A stretch of 64,000 nucleotides of DNA, taken from Malacoraja senta (lineage: Eukaryota). Shown here piece after piece: positions 39,646-52,403 of the stretch. Within the stretch, counting starts at the first letter, position 1. Each line of letters starts with the position of its first letter. The position numbers and the translations under genes are program-made. The notes beneath the pieces were generated by a model that was not told where the DNA came from, searched no databases, and worked only from the letters and a program-made list of their open reading frames with translations. The stretch is from the NCBI GenBank assembly GCA_038087875.1, contig CM075992.1, positions 62,001 through 126,000 of the forward strand, given 5' to 3'.

Positions 39646-41049
39646 CTACTTTCTTTGGAGATTCTAATTTTACATCTGAACTTGGAATAATACCAAAGTC
39701 TGATAGATCTACTTCTTCTTCTATGTTTTGCTCTTTGATCATATGGTTTATGTGCGTACTTCTGACACGTCCTCCAATTACATCAAGTACCTCCTGGTAC
39801 CACACACTTCTACTACTGTTCCCACCTCTGTTCCATTGAGCTGGAGTTAGCGCTTCTTCTCCGCGCTGGCTGTCCAGGATCGCCCCCGGACAGGGATGGG
39901 ACACTCGGGAGGGGACGGGGACGGTCCAGTAGCAATTCAACAGCACTTGCAGCGCCGGAGACCCGGGTTTGATCCTGACTATGGATGAAAGGCAGGTCTG
40001 TATACATGCAGCAGCACAGTTGCCGAAAATGTTTATCGCGAGTAACCTTTGACAAATCCCATGATTCCTTGCATTTTTCGGAATACCAAACTCGCTTATT
40101 TTAGCTGCAGTGACTCCAGTCATTGTCCACTGCTTCAGTGACATAGATAGCACCTTCAGTGCCCACATCTGATTCTTCATGAGGCAGCTCAAAAGGAAAT
40201 GCTAATGCTGCGGTACTCAATGCTGTAGTGATACTGTGACACAAGAACTGCCCATCGCTGCATCCTCGAGGCTGCCATTGTAGATATTGCTGACCGAAGA
40301 CCAAGAATAGCGAGGTGGCTTATGATCAATACCAGGGTGAATTTCCTACCCAACAGATACTAATGGAATTTCTTAATCCCAAAGATGATACCAAGGGCTT
40401 CTTTCTCGATTTGTGCATAATTACGCTCACTCTTGGTAAGAGTGCTTGATGCAAATGCAATAGGGTTGTCTTGTCCATGTTCCATTACATGTGAAATCAC
40501 AGCTCCTACCCCCGAACTAGATGCATCACAAGATACTAGACGCATCACAAGCAAACTTTAACTCACGATTTGTATCGTAGTAAACAAGTAATGCACCACT
40601 GGTCAAGCTCTTCTTACATGCATGCATTTGGTTTGAAAGTGGATCAAGTTTTGAAAGAAGAGTCGCAAATGAAACATTCCTTGCTTTCTCTGGGGCTAAG
40701 ATGTTGGTGAGAGTTTCATAAACTTCAGGACCAATTTCAGTTAATAGAATGGCTTTCTTTTGTTCCTGGGTGGCCTTGTTTTGTGCTCTTACCTGCACTT
40801 GATCATCATCCTCTGTTTCTTCAGCTTCAGTAATGTGATTTGCAATAAAAAAACATTTCCATTCGTTCACTGTACAAGGTAAAGGTTTCACGGTTCTTGT
40901 CGAAAGTCCCGAGTCGGCCTATGTATCCCAAAGACGCCACCTTGCCCCGTAGACACAACATAAAGATAGCCTGACAAACACTAGACAATTTGTACAGCTG
41001 CTGTTTTAAACTACAGTCCTGTGCACAGAAGGATTTGCGGCCTTTCGTG

Positions 41050-42419
41050 TCCAATAGACAATAGACAATAGGTGCAGGAGTAGACCATTTGGCCCTTCGA
41101 GCCAGCACCGCCATCAATGTGATCATGGCTGATAATCCCCAATCAGTACCCCGTTCCTGCCTTCTCCCCATATCCCCTGATTCCGCTATTTTTAAGAGCC
41201 CTATCTAGCTCTCTTGAAAGCATCCAGAGAACCTGCCTCCACCGCCCTCTGAGGCAAAGAATTCCACAGACTCACCACTCTCTGTGAGAAAAAGTGTTTC
41301 CTCGTCTCCGTTCTAAATGGCTTACACCTTATTCTTAAACTGTGGCCCCTGGTTCTGGACTCCCCCAACATCGAGAACATGTTTCCTGCCTCTAGCGTGT
41401 CCAAACCCTTAACAATCTTATATGTTTCAATGAGATCCCCTCGCATCCTTCTAAACCCCAGCTGCTCCATTCTCTCAGCATATGACTGTCCCGCCATCCC
41501 GGGAATTAACCTTGTAAACCTACGCTGCACTCCCTCAATAGCAAGAATGTCCTTCCTCAAATTAGGGGACCAAAACTGCATACAATATTCCAGGTGTGGT
41601 CTCATTAGGGCTCTGTGCAACTGCAGACGGACCTCTTTGCTTCGATTACTCTTGTTATAAAGGCCAACATGCCATTCGCTTTCCTCATTGCCTGCTGTAC
41701 CTGCATGCTTACTTTCATAGATTGCTGTACAAGGACCCCCAGATCCCGTTGTACTTCCCCTTTTCCCAACTTGACGCCATTTAGATAGTAATCTGCCTTC
41801 CTGTTTTTGCTACCAAAGTGGATAACCTCACATTTATCCGCATTAAACTTCATCTGCCCACTCCTCCAACCTGTCCAAGTCACCCTGCATTCTCATAGCA
41901 TCCTCCTCACAGTTCACACTGCCACCCAGCTTTGTGTCATCTGCAAATTTGCTAATGTAACTTTGAATCACCTTCATCCAAATCATTAATGTATATTGTA
42001 AATAGCTGCGTTCCCAGCACCGAGCCTTGCGGTACCCCACTAGTCACTGCCTGCCATTCTGAAAGGGACCCGTTAATCCCTACTCTTTGTTTCCTGTCTG
42101 CCAACCACTTCTCTATCCATGTCAGCACTCTCCCCCCAAACCATGTGCCCTAATTTTGCCCACTAATCTCCTATGTGGTACCTTATCAAATGCTTTCTGA
42201 AAGTCCAGGTACACTACATCCACTGGCTCTCCCTTGTCCATTTTCCTAGTTACATCTTCAAAAAATTCCAGAAGATTAGTCAAGCATGATTTCCCCTTCG
42301 TAAATCCATGCTGACTCGGACTGATGCTGTTACTGCTATCCAAATGTTCGGCTATCTCATCTTTTATAATTGACTCCAGCATCTTCCCCACCACCGATGT
42401 CAGGCTAACTGGTCTATAA
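41050..42419 (-). mobile_element. CR1 3' portion (RT) inserted in the Gypsy leader
   Basis: YRPVSLTSVVGKMLE, YLDFQKAFDKVPH, KFADD; (ctattgt)n tail; near-identical to 50120-51521. Confidence 0.95.
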
Positions 42420-42533
42420 GACCAGTAAACTGGTCCAGTTCGCAAACAATTGTGATACTGCGTCGTATTTGCTGTTTAAAATGTTAAACAATGCTGCACT
42501 GTATTTAAAGGTTGAGTTCACAAACTCTATCCG

Positions 42534-42546
42534 ATCCTCGTCGCCA
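42534..42546 (-). promoter_or_regulatory. Primer-binding site TGGCGACGAGGAT, complementary to the tRNA-Ser(GCT) 3' end
   Basis: Lies 1 nt inside the LTR end; from recall, vertebrate tRNA-Ser(GCT) ends ATCCTCGTCG-CCA. Confidence 0.8.
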
Positions 42547-42759
42547 TTGTAAGATATTACAGGTTCAGCATGTAGATAGAAACAAGCACAGGTTTTCAGT
42601 CCACGCTGTACCCAGTATAGGTCTTCTTCATTTTGCAAAAGTACACTGCGCAAACTCTCAATTATTCACCAGACTGACAAGGTATTGAATATATCACATG
42701 ACACAAATCATTCCATTCTAGTGCTCAGCATTTAAAGTTACAGTTACCATTATATACCC

Positions 42760-43285
42760 CACAGTTGAAACATAGCCTGGTACAGCATTTCTAATGCACA
42801 GGAATGCAAGAGGCCAGAGAGAGTGGTGAACTCAGCCCAGTTCATCACAGGCACAGCCCTCGACTCATCAAAAGCATCTAAACCAGGAGCTACCTCAAGA
42901 AGGCGGCATCTTTCATCAAGGATGCCCAACATCCGGCCGTGCCCTATTCTCACTGCTACCATTGGGCAGGAGGTACAGAAACCTGAAGTCCAACACCACC
43001 AGGTTCAGGAACAACTACTTTCCTACAACCATCAGCTTCCTGAACCGACCCGCACAACCCTAATCCCATCTCAGCAACGGAACATCATGGACCACCTCCT
43101 TCACTAGCATGTGCATTTTCTGGTTGTGTATTTTTAGTCTAATGTCTTACTTATTTGCATTGTTTTCCTTTTTTCTGCCTTGTACTTTATGTATAATTTA
43201 TGTTTTTGCGTTTGTCTGAGTCTACATGCTTTTGATGCTGCTGCAAGCAAGATATTCATTGTACCTTACCATACATGTGCACACG
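42760..43285 (+). mobile_element. Rex1-like 3' fragment, decayed
   Basis: Homologous to 28130-28590 (aggaggtacaga...accaggttcaggaac). Confidence 0.75.
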
Positions 43286-44329
43286 ACCATAATCTCAACT
43301 TGATGGCATGCGGCTTGTATTACTAGAAGGAATATGTTTATATAGGGAAAACACTGGTACATGTGAGGGAGAAGGAAATAGAAGTAAACCAAATCTCTAA
43401 AGTGAGCAAATTAAAAGAGGAAACAAAAAAAGGAAAAGATACCGCTGCTTTTTATTGGAGAACTAAATCTTGGATAGGCAGCAAAAAAGAAAAATGAGCT
43501 GCAGTCCGCTAACGCGGAAGAATTTTACTCAAATTCAATAGAGGTGGCCAGGGACAACAGATAAAATATAACCTGTACCAAGCAGAGTGTAGCATGCACA
43601 CTCCACTAACTGTTCTGCCCTTGGATCAGAGCCCAGCGTAACATCCCTGGGGAAATTACTCAGAACTCTGACGCTCCTATTTCCTGCCTGGCTCTTCTCT
43701 GAGCGTACAAAATTATTTACAGTCTGGTATATATTATTTTACCTTGACAGAAATGAATTTTGATTGAAACTGCAAATCTTCAAGCAAGGAAAAAAAATCG
43801 GTTCTATTTTTCACTTACGTTGAAGGTCACTGAATCCCATCTCATCAATAACCTTCCGTGTTTTGTAATGGTGAATGTGAGCAATGTAATAGAGTCTGAT
43901 ATTTCTTGATGGTAAAAAGTTCAGGCCCTTAAGCCACAGGAGAGGTATGAGTTGGATTTAGCGTGCTAGTTTCAAATTTGTTTTTATTTACTCGTACGCC
44001 TTTCTGAATTATACTGTCTTTTTTGGACCCGACTTCCTCCCTCTTTCCTGAAAGTAGCTCCACTCCATCACCATTGCAAAGCACTATCTAAGCGGCCACA
44101 TCAAGATCTGAATTTATACCACCTTTTGAAAGCTCAGGATCAATCGTTTACCGCTCACGGGCCAGTGTTGAGGGGCCAAGTGGCCTCCTCCTGCTCCTAT
44201 TTCCTTATGTTATCAAGTAATAGGAAACATGGCAGTGAATCTGTGCAGAGAAAGATCCCATGAACAATAGAGAGGTAATTACCGTTCCAGTAAGAGTATC
44301 TCAGAGATATTGGCGGCTGCATTTATGGA

Positions 44330-44614
44330 GTAGTTGAGGAACTCAGCGGGTCAGTCAGCATCTGTGGAGGGAATGGATAGGCTATTTTGTTGCGTCAATA
44401 AAAGGTCACGACTCAAGATGTCATTCCTTCCAGTTCCATCCACAGATGCTGCCTGACCCGCTGAGTTGCTCCAGCACTCTGTGAAACGTCACCTATCCAT
44501 GTTCTCCACAGATGCTGCTTGACCCGCTGAGTTGCTCCAGCACTCTGTGAAACGTCACCTATCCATGTTCTCCACAGATGCTGCCTGACCCGCTGAGTTA
44601 CTCCAGCACTCTGT
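44330..44614. repeat. Penelope-derived inverted unit plus 66-nt tandem array
   Basis: GAAAC at 44483 and 44549; same unit as 36530-36595. Confidence 0.88.
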
Positions 44615-44922
44615 TTTAACTCAGGATTCCACCACCTTTAGTCTCTTGCTACAGATAAATGAGAACAGTTTATACATCGGGGTGACATGATGGTGCAACA
44701 GGTAGTGCTGCTGAGCGGGGACCTGTTGGCATTTACAAAATTATGAGCAACATAAATAGTGTAGTCACAGGTAGAGTAATCACAGGTAGTGTAGTCACAG
44801 GTAGAGTAGACAGTCAGGACCCTTTTCCAGGCTGGAATTGGCAAATTCCAGAGGACATACTGTAGCTTTAGAGTGAGAGGGGAGAGTTTAAAATTGATGT
44901 GCGGGGCAAGTTTGTTCACACA

Positions 44923-45378
44923 GACCTGCACTGTATCACACCTGTACTGTATCACACCTGTACTGTATCACACCTGCACTGTATCACACCTATACTGTAT
45001 CACACCTGTACTGTATCACACCTCTACACACCTGCACTGTATCAGACCTGTACACACCTGTACTGTATCACACCTGCACTGTATCACACCTGCACTGTAT
45101 CAGACCTGTACTGTATCACACCTGCACTGTATCACACCTGCACTGTATCAGACCTGTACACACCTGCACTGTATCGCACCTGCACTGTATCAGACATCTT
45201 CAATTTAACCTGTACTGTATCAGACCAGTATTATATCAAACGTTTGTTAAATCAGTGTTATATCAGACCTGCACTATATCACACCTGCACCGTATCAGAC
45301 CTGCACTGTATCAGACCTGCACTGTATCAGACCTGCCCTGTATCGGACCTGCCCTGTATCGGGCCTGCCCTGTATCAG
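44923..45378. repeat. 16-bp minisatellite (cacctgYactgtatca) with 10-bp variant units
   Basis: Directly visible; explains the repetitive ORFs 44873-45450. Confidence 0.95.
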
Positions 45379-45939
45379 AACAGTCCTAAACAAAGATTAG
45401 GAGACTTGGATTGCAACAAGTTACAAAACAGAAGCAGATCCGCTCAATGAGACTGGAATCCCGACTTAATGAGCACCAAGAAGCCTTAACTATACAATCT
45501 TCAAACTGAACACTTTGGATAATGAAGTGTTGAATAATTAGCATATAATATGTTAATGGAATCACTGGTGTAGATTTGTAGAACAGTCTTTTAAACAATA
45601 TGTTAATTAGTGAATATGCTTTCCATCTATTGTCAGTAGTTGTTACATTGCCCCTCATTTCTACTTCCCTTTATTCTTCTGGGAGCCCACATCCTCTTCA
45701 GCTCATGTTGCCATTTGGTTTTCCATGACATTGCTATGCTATTGGCTGCTGGTCATTGACTGGATGGTATGGTCAACGGCTGGGGTCTAACCCTGGGCTG
45801 GTACAAGTCACTGGCACATTGACCGTACCTTCCTCCTTGCTGTGGGAGTGATCTGTGTTCTTGTCGGTAACCTTCTCACCTTGGTGTTGGAGTTGTCCAT
45901 CATGTTGACATCATCTGCTGCATCCCCGCTGATGAGCTT

Positions 45940-46238
45940 TAAATTTAGTTTAGTTTAGAGATACAGTGCAGAGACAAGCCCTTCGGTCCACGCCAACCAG
46001 CGAACCCCACACATTAATACCATCCTCTACACACAGGGGAAAATTTACATTTATACCAAGCCAATTAACCTACAAACCTGTATGTCTTTGGAGTGTGGGA
46101 AGAAACCAGATATCTCGGAGAAAACCCACGCAGGGAGAACATACAGACTCCATACAGACAGCACCCATAGTCAGGATCGAACCCGGGTCTCTGGTGCTGT
46201 GAGGTAGCAACTCTACCGCTGCACCACCATGCCGCCCT
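45940..46238 (-). mobile_element. tRNA-derived V-domain SINE (HE1-like)
   Basis: Minus-strand head with box B GGTTCGATCC; central gtgggttttctcc...cccacactccaaagac; (ctaaa)n tail. Confidence 0.88.
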
Positions 46239-47624
46239 CAGTCGTGCTCCCCTAATACTTATTCATTACCACAAAAACCATTGTATTTCAACAGCAGAAT
46301 GTGGTATAATGTCCAAAGTTGCTACAGATTTTACTTACATGCGAGATAGAACAGTTATAGAATCACAGTCAGACTCATACAGCATGACATAAAGCACTTC
46401 AGACCAACTTGCCCATGCTGACCAACATGCCCCATCTATACTAGTCCCACGTTCACGTTTAGCCCATATCCCTCTAAACCTTCCTGTCCATGTACCTATC
46501 CAAATACCACCTCAGGCATCTTGTTCCATTTACCACGCTGTTCTATGGAACTAATGCAGATGTGAATGCTTCTATGGGGAGGTTTAGTTTAGTTTATTAA
46601 AGTCACTGTGTACTGAGGTACAGTGGAAAGCTTTTGTTTGCATGCTATTCAGTTCAAGAAAAGACTGCACATGAATACAATTAATCGTCCACAGATAAAG
46701 GATAAACACACTTAGTGCAAAGATACAAGTTCAGGGAACCTGCTTGCACTCTCGACCTTCAATTCCCTTTCCCTGAGGGACGGGTGTGTGAAGTGTGTGT
46801 AAACCCTGCTTATCCTGTTCCCACCAAAATAGATATGAAATGCCCAAGCGGGAAATCTAATGTTACAGCATGCTTTGCTATACTTTAAACTGCAAATATT
46901 TCTCAGTTGCAGCAGGGACCAATAATTGCTTTTTCAGCAATGCTGTGCTGGGGATAAGTTTATTTTTATAATTTATTGTTAGTCAGAGCAACGTTATCAA
47001 GCAGAGTAACATACAGCGGTAAGCAAAGCACCATCCAATCAGACCTAGGTTGCCTTAATGCCCAGAGAAACACAGCGAGCTGTTACATAAGGCCATTCAG
47101 CCTGTGAGGTCTATACTAGCCCTCACAAAACGAATCAAGCTAGTCCTTCTGCGCTGCCCCCTCACCACACCCCTGCAAACTGGAGGAATAGCACATATTC
47201 CACGGGTAGCTTACAACCTAATGGTATGAACATTGAATTCTCCAATTTTAGGTAACTTCAAAACCCTCTCCCTCTTCCCCTGGAATGGCAGATGGAATAG
47301 TGTAGTAGTAGGAATAAAGGTATGGGCTATTTTCTTAATGGGGAGAGGATTCAAAAATCGGAAGTGCAAAGAGACTTGCGAGTGCTGGTGAAGCAGTTTT
47401 GGGCCCCATATCTGAGGAAAGATGCACTGGCAGTGGAGAGGGTTCAGAGGATGTTTACAAGAATGATCCCAGGAATGAGTGGGTTAACATATGATGAGCA
47501 TTTGTCGGCACTGGGCATGTACTCGCTGGAGTTTAGAAGGATGAGGGGGAACCTCATTGAAACATACAGAATAAAAGGCCTGCATAGAGTAGATGTGGAG
47601 AGGATGTTTCCACCAGTGGGAGAG

Positions 47625-48446
47625 CTCCTGAAGGACCACGTTGGGGCACTGGAGAAGCAGCTGGATGACCTCAGGGCCATCCGGGAAAACGAGAGTTTCC
47701 TGGACAGAACCTACAGTGAGGTTGTCACGCTGAGGATACGGGAAGAAGGAAGGTGTGTGACTGAGAGAAAGGGTGGTAACCGTGGAGTGCAGGAGACCCA
47801 GGTGGCTGTGCCTATTGAAAACAGGTACGTCCTCTTGGGAACTGTCGGGGGAGACGATGTTTCCAGTCCGAACGGCGGACACATCAGTGGCTCCAAACCT
47901 AGAGATGGGACTCAATAGGCGAGACCGACATCGGGCAGAGCCATAGTGGTGGGTGACTCCATTGTCCGAGGAGCAGACAGGAGATTCTGTGGCGGCAGAC
48001 GAGATGCGAGGATTGTCTGTTGCCTCCCTGGTGCCAGGGTTGAGGATGTCACGAGCCGAATTCAGAACATCCTCCAGAGAGAAGGTGAACAGCCGGCAGT
48101 AGTTGTGCATGGAGGCACAAATGACATCGGGAAGAAGAGGAAGGAGGTTCTCCAACATGAGTTCAGAGAGTTGGGAAGAAGACTGAAAGGCAGGACTTCT
48201 AGGGTGGTTATCTCTGGATTGCTTCCAGTACCTCGTGCTAGTGAGGACAGGAACAGGGAGATAGGGGATCTGAATGTGTGGCTGAGGGGCTGGAGCAGGG
48301 AGCAAGGATTTAGATTTATAGACCACTGGGATCTCTTCTGGGGTAGGGGTGACCTGTACAGAAGGGACGGGTTACACCTTAACTGGAGGGGGACTGACAT
48401 TCTGGCAGGCAGGTTTGCTAGGGCTACACGTGTGGGTTTAAACTAA
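47625..48446 (+). pseudogene. CR1 ORF1: coiled coil plus SGNH/GDSL esterase domain; premature stop at 47916-47918
   Basis: VGDSIVR, PGARVED, HGGTND and DGLH blocks; both parts are in the same frame. Confidence 0.9.
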
Positions 48447-48463
48447 ATAGTGGGGGGGAGGGA

Positions 48464-51430
48464 TTGACAAATTGGGAGTATAAAGATGGAGTTGAAGGGG
48501 AAGTGGCTACAGGAAAAATTACAAAAGATTATCGAATTAATGGGAAGGAAAGTTTGAGAAGGGATAAAAGAGTAAGGTCAGGGCCAATTGCGAGCGGTGC
48601 GAGGGGGGACGTGAATACGGAGGTCAAAGTGTTGTATGTGAATGCGCGAAGTATAAGAAATAAAATGGACGAGCTTGAGGCTCAGTTAGAAATTCACAAG
48701 TATGATGTTGTGGGAATTACTGAGACATGGCTGCAAGAGGGCCAGGGCTGGGAACTGAATATTCAAGGGTATACCTCCTATCGAAAAGACAGACAGGTGG
48801 GCAGAGGGGGTGGGGTTGCTCTGTTGGTGAGGAATGAATTTCAGTCCCTTGCACAGGCTGACATTGAAACAGGAGATGTGGAGTCAGTATGGATAGAACT
48901 AAGGAATTGTAAGGGTAAAAAGACCCTAATGGGACTTATCTACAGGCCCCCAAACAGCAGCCTGGACATAGGGCGCAAGTTGAATCAGGAGTTAAAATTG
49001 GCATGTAGCAAAAGTAATGCTGTGGTTGTTATGGGAGATTTCAACATGTAGGTAGACTGGGAAAATCAGGTTGGTACTGGACCCCAAGAAAGGGACTTTG
49101 TAGAGTGCCTTCGTGATGGATTCTTAAAGCAGCTTGTATTGGAGCCTACCAGGGAGAAGGCAATTCTGGATTTAGTGTTATGTAATGAACCGCATTTGAT
49201 AAAGGACCTCGAGGTTAATGTGCCATTAGGAAGTAGTGACCATAACATGGTCAGGTTTAATCTACAATTGGAGAGGGAGAAGGGTAGATTGGAGGTGTCA
49301 GTGTTACAGTTAAATAAAGGGGACTATGGGGTCATGAGGGAGGAGCCGGCCAAAGTTGACTGGAAAGGTACACTAGCAGGGATGACAGTGGAACAAAAAT
49401 GGCAGGTATTTCTAGGAATAATACAGAAGGTGCAGGATCAGTTCATTCCTAGGAAGAAGAAAGATTCCAAGGGGAGAAAGGGGCGACCATGGCTGACAAG
49501 GGACGTCAGGGACAGTATAAAAATTAAAGAGAAGAAGTACAACGTAGCAAAGATGAGCGGGAAGCAAGAGGATTGGGTAATGTTTAAAGAGCAACAGAAG
49601 ATAACTAAAAAGACAATACGGGGGGAAAAGATGAGGTACGAAGGTAAGCTACCCAAGAATATAAAGGAGGATAGTAAAAGCTTCTTCAGGTATGTGAAGA
49701 GAAAAAAATTAGTTAAGTCCAAAGTTGGACCCTTGAAGACCGAAAAAGGTGAATTTATTATGGGGAACAAGTAAATGGCAGATGAGTTGAACAGGTACTT
49801 TGGATCTGTCTTCACTAAGGAGGACACAAACAATCTTCCTGATATAGTAGTGGCCAGAGGATCTGGGGTGACGGAGGATCTGAAGGAAATCCACATCAGG
49901 CAGGAAATGGTGTTGGGTAAACTGATGGGACTGAAGGCTGATAAATTCCCAGGGCCTGATGGTCTGCATCCCAGGGTACTTAAGGAAGTGGCTCTAGAAA
50001 TCGTGGATGCATTGGTGATAATTTTCCAATGTTCTATAGACTCAGGATCAGTTCCTGTGGATTGGAGGGGAGCTAATGTCATCCCACTTTTTAAGAAAGG
50101 CGGGAGAGAGAAAACAGGGAATTATAGACCAGTTAGCCCTGACATCGGTGGTGGGGAAGATGCTGGAGTCAATTATAAAAGATGAAATAGCCGCATATTT
50201 GGATAGCAGTAACAGGATCGGTCCGAGTCAGCATGGATTTACGAAGGGGAAATCATGCTTGACTAATCTTCTGGAATTTTTTGAAGATGTAACTAGGAAA
50301 ATGGACAAGGGAGAGCCAGTGGATGTAGTGTACCTGGACTTTCAGAAAGCATTTGATAAGGTCCCACATAGGAGATTAGTGGGCAAAATTAGGGCACATG
50401 GTTTTGGGGGTGGAGTGCTGACATGGATAGAAAATTGGTTGCCAGACAGGAAACAGAGAGTGGGGATTAACGGGTCCCTTTCAGAAAGGCAGGCAGTGAC
50501 TAGTGGGGTACCGCAAGGCTCGGTGCTGGGACCGCAGCTATTTATAATATACATCAATGATTTGGATGAAGGGGTTCAAAGTAACATTAGCAAATTTGCA
50601 GATGACACAAAGCTGGGTGGCAATGTGAACTGTGAGGAGGATGCTATGAGAATGCAGGGTGACTTGGACAGGTTGGGCGAGTGGGCAGATGCATGGCAGA
50701 TGAAGTTTAATGTAGATAAATGTGTGGTTATCCGCTTTGGTAGCAAAAACAGGAGGCAGATTACTATCTAAATGGTGTCGTTGGGAAAAGGGGAAGTACA
50801 GCGTGATCTGGGGGTCATTGTTCATCAATCTATGAAAGTAAGCATGCAGGTACAGCAGGCAGTGAAGAAAGCGAATGGCATGTTGGCCTTTATAGCAAGA
50901 GGAGTCGCGTATAGGAGCAAAGAGGTCCTTCTGCAGTTGTCCAGAGCCCTAGTGAGACCACACCTGGAGTATTGTGTGCAGTTTGGTCCCCTAATTTGAG
51001 GAAGGATATTCTTGCTATTGAGGGAGTGCAGAGTAGGTTTACAAGGTTAATTCCCGGGATGGCGGGACTGTCATATGCTGAGAGAATGAAGCAGCTGGGC
51101 TTGTACACTCTGGAGTTTAGAAGGATGAGAGGATATCTTATTGAAACTTATAAGATTGTTAAGGGTTTGGACACGCTGGAGGCAGGAAACATGTTCCCGA
51201 TGTTGGGGGAGTCCAGAACCAGGGGCCACAGTTTAAGAATAAGGGGTAAGCCATTTAGAACGGAGATGAGGAAACACTTTTTCTCACAGAGAATTGTGAG
51301 TCTGTGGAATTCTCTGCCTCAGAGGGTGGTGGAAGCAGGTTCTCTGGATGCTTTCAAGAGAGAGCTAGATAGGGCTCTTAAAGATAGCGGAGTCAGGGGA
51401 TATGGGGAAAAGGCAGGAACAGGGTACTGA
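48464..51430 (+). pseudogene. CR1 ORF2 (AP endonuclease plus reverse transcriptase), disrupted
   Basis: YVNARSI, ITETW, YRPP, GDFN, SDH; [29 protein letters not shown]; stops at 49049 and 49772, frameshifts near 50138, 50755 and 50980. Confidence 0.95.
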
Positions 51431-51911
51431 TTGGGGATGATCAGCCATGATCACATTGAATGGCGGTGCTGGCTCGAAGGGCCGAATGGCCTACTCCTGC
51501 ACCAATTGTCTATTGTCTATTGAGAGTCCAGGGCCAGACGCCATAGCCTTGGCATAAAAGGGCTTTCCTTTAGGAAGGAGATGTTGAGAAATTTCTTTAG
51601 TCCTCCTCTAGGGTGGTGAATCTGTGGAATTCTTTGCCACAGACGGCAGTGGAGGCCAAGTAATTGGGTATTTTAAGGCGGGGATTGACAGGTGTCAAGG
51701 GTTAATGGTATAAGGCTGGAGAATGGGGTTGAGAGGGAAAGATAGATCAGCCATGATTGAATGGTGGAGTAGACTCAATAGGGCCAAGTGGTCTACTCCT
51801 GCTCCTATGACTTATTAACATGAATAAGTTGAGTTAGTTCACACTGGAAGATTATATTGTATATCAGTACATCAGGCATGGCAAAGCGAAAAGAAAAATG
51901 GTGCATTGTAA

Positions 51912-52140
51912 GTCTCCTTCCCATTCCCTCATTAAACTTACTGTCCTAGGTCACCTGCATTGTCAGAGTGAGGTCAAATACAAATTGGAAGAATAGCATC
52001 TTATATTTCGCTTGGGCAGCTTACAACCCAGTGGTACTAATATTGAGGTCTGAAGAAGGGTCTCGACCTGAAACGTCACCCATTCAATCTCTCCAGAGAT
52101 GCTGCCTGTCCTGCTGAGTTACTCCAGCATTTTGTGTCTA
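51912..52140 (+). mobile_element. Penelope 3' ORF remnant followed by a hammerhead-bearing unit
   Basis: Decayed EEXHLIFRLGSLQP-like sequence (with a stop); ggt-CTGAAGA(52050)-A-gggt-ctcg-acct-GAAA(52070)-CGTC-acc. Confidence 0.85.
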
Positions 52141-52403
52141 CACAAGATATATTGGGAGATCAGTACATCCTTAATTTATGAGAGATCTGCTCAAGAGTAT
52201 GAAAATAAGCAACTCCACACAGATTGCAGCCGAGGTCAGGCTTGAACCCGGGACATAGATACATAGATACATAGATACATAGAAAATAGGTGCAGGAGTA
52301 GGCCATTCGGCCCTTCGAGCCTGCACCGCCATTCAATATGATCATGGCTGATCATCCAACTCAGTATCCCGTACCTGCCTTCTCTCCATACCCCCTGATC
52401 CCT

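Larger units (their letters stand above)
39646..42742 (-). mobile_element. Ty3/Gypsy LTR retrotransposon remnant (5' LTR, PBS, gag start, RNase H), split by a CR1
   Basis: gag-like IGRLGTFD...YSERMEMFF and KKAILLTEIGPEVYETL; RNase H CDASS.GVGAVISH...IAFASSTLTKSERNYAQIEKEALGIIFGIKKFH; LTR 42548-42742 with TGTAA/TTACA ends. Confidence 0.85.
47625..51521 (+). mobile_element. Near-full-length CR1 LINE (5'-truncated within ORF1)
   Basis: ORF1 esterase, ORF2 APE endonuclease plus RT, 3' UTR and (ctattgt)n tail. Confidence 0.96.
47285..51820 (+). mobile_element. Older CR1 3' fragment (47285-47624 and 51522-51820) split by a younger CR1
   Basis: Host reads ccagtgggagag then tccagggccaga across the insert; gagag duplicated at 47620-47624 and 51522-51526. 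Confidence 0.85.

Noticed and set aside
44873-45450. Repetitive ORFs and a CRISPR-like appearance
   Set aside because: 16-bp tandem repeat with no unique spacers, in a eukaryotic context
45940-46238. tRNA gene suggested by box B motifs (also about 55930 and 59957-59968)
   Set aside because: No cloverleaf; these are SINE heads or remnants
47322-47918. 198-aa ORF that looks like a novel fusion protein
   Set aside because: It is a chance in-frame join of host CR1 ORF2 and inserted CR1 ORF1 at the 47624 junction
49438-50082. Long antisense ORFs over CR1 elements
   Set aside because: Shadow frames of ORF2 or ORF1
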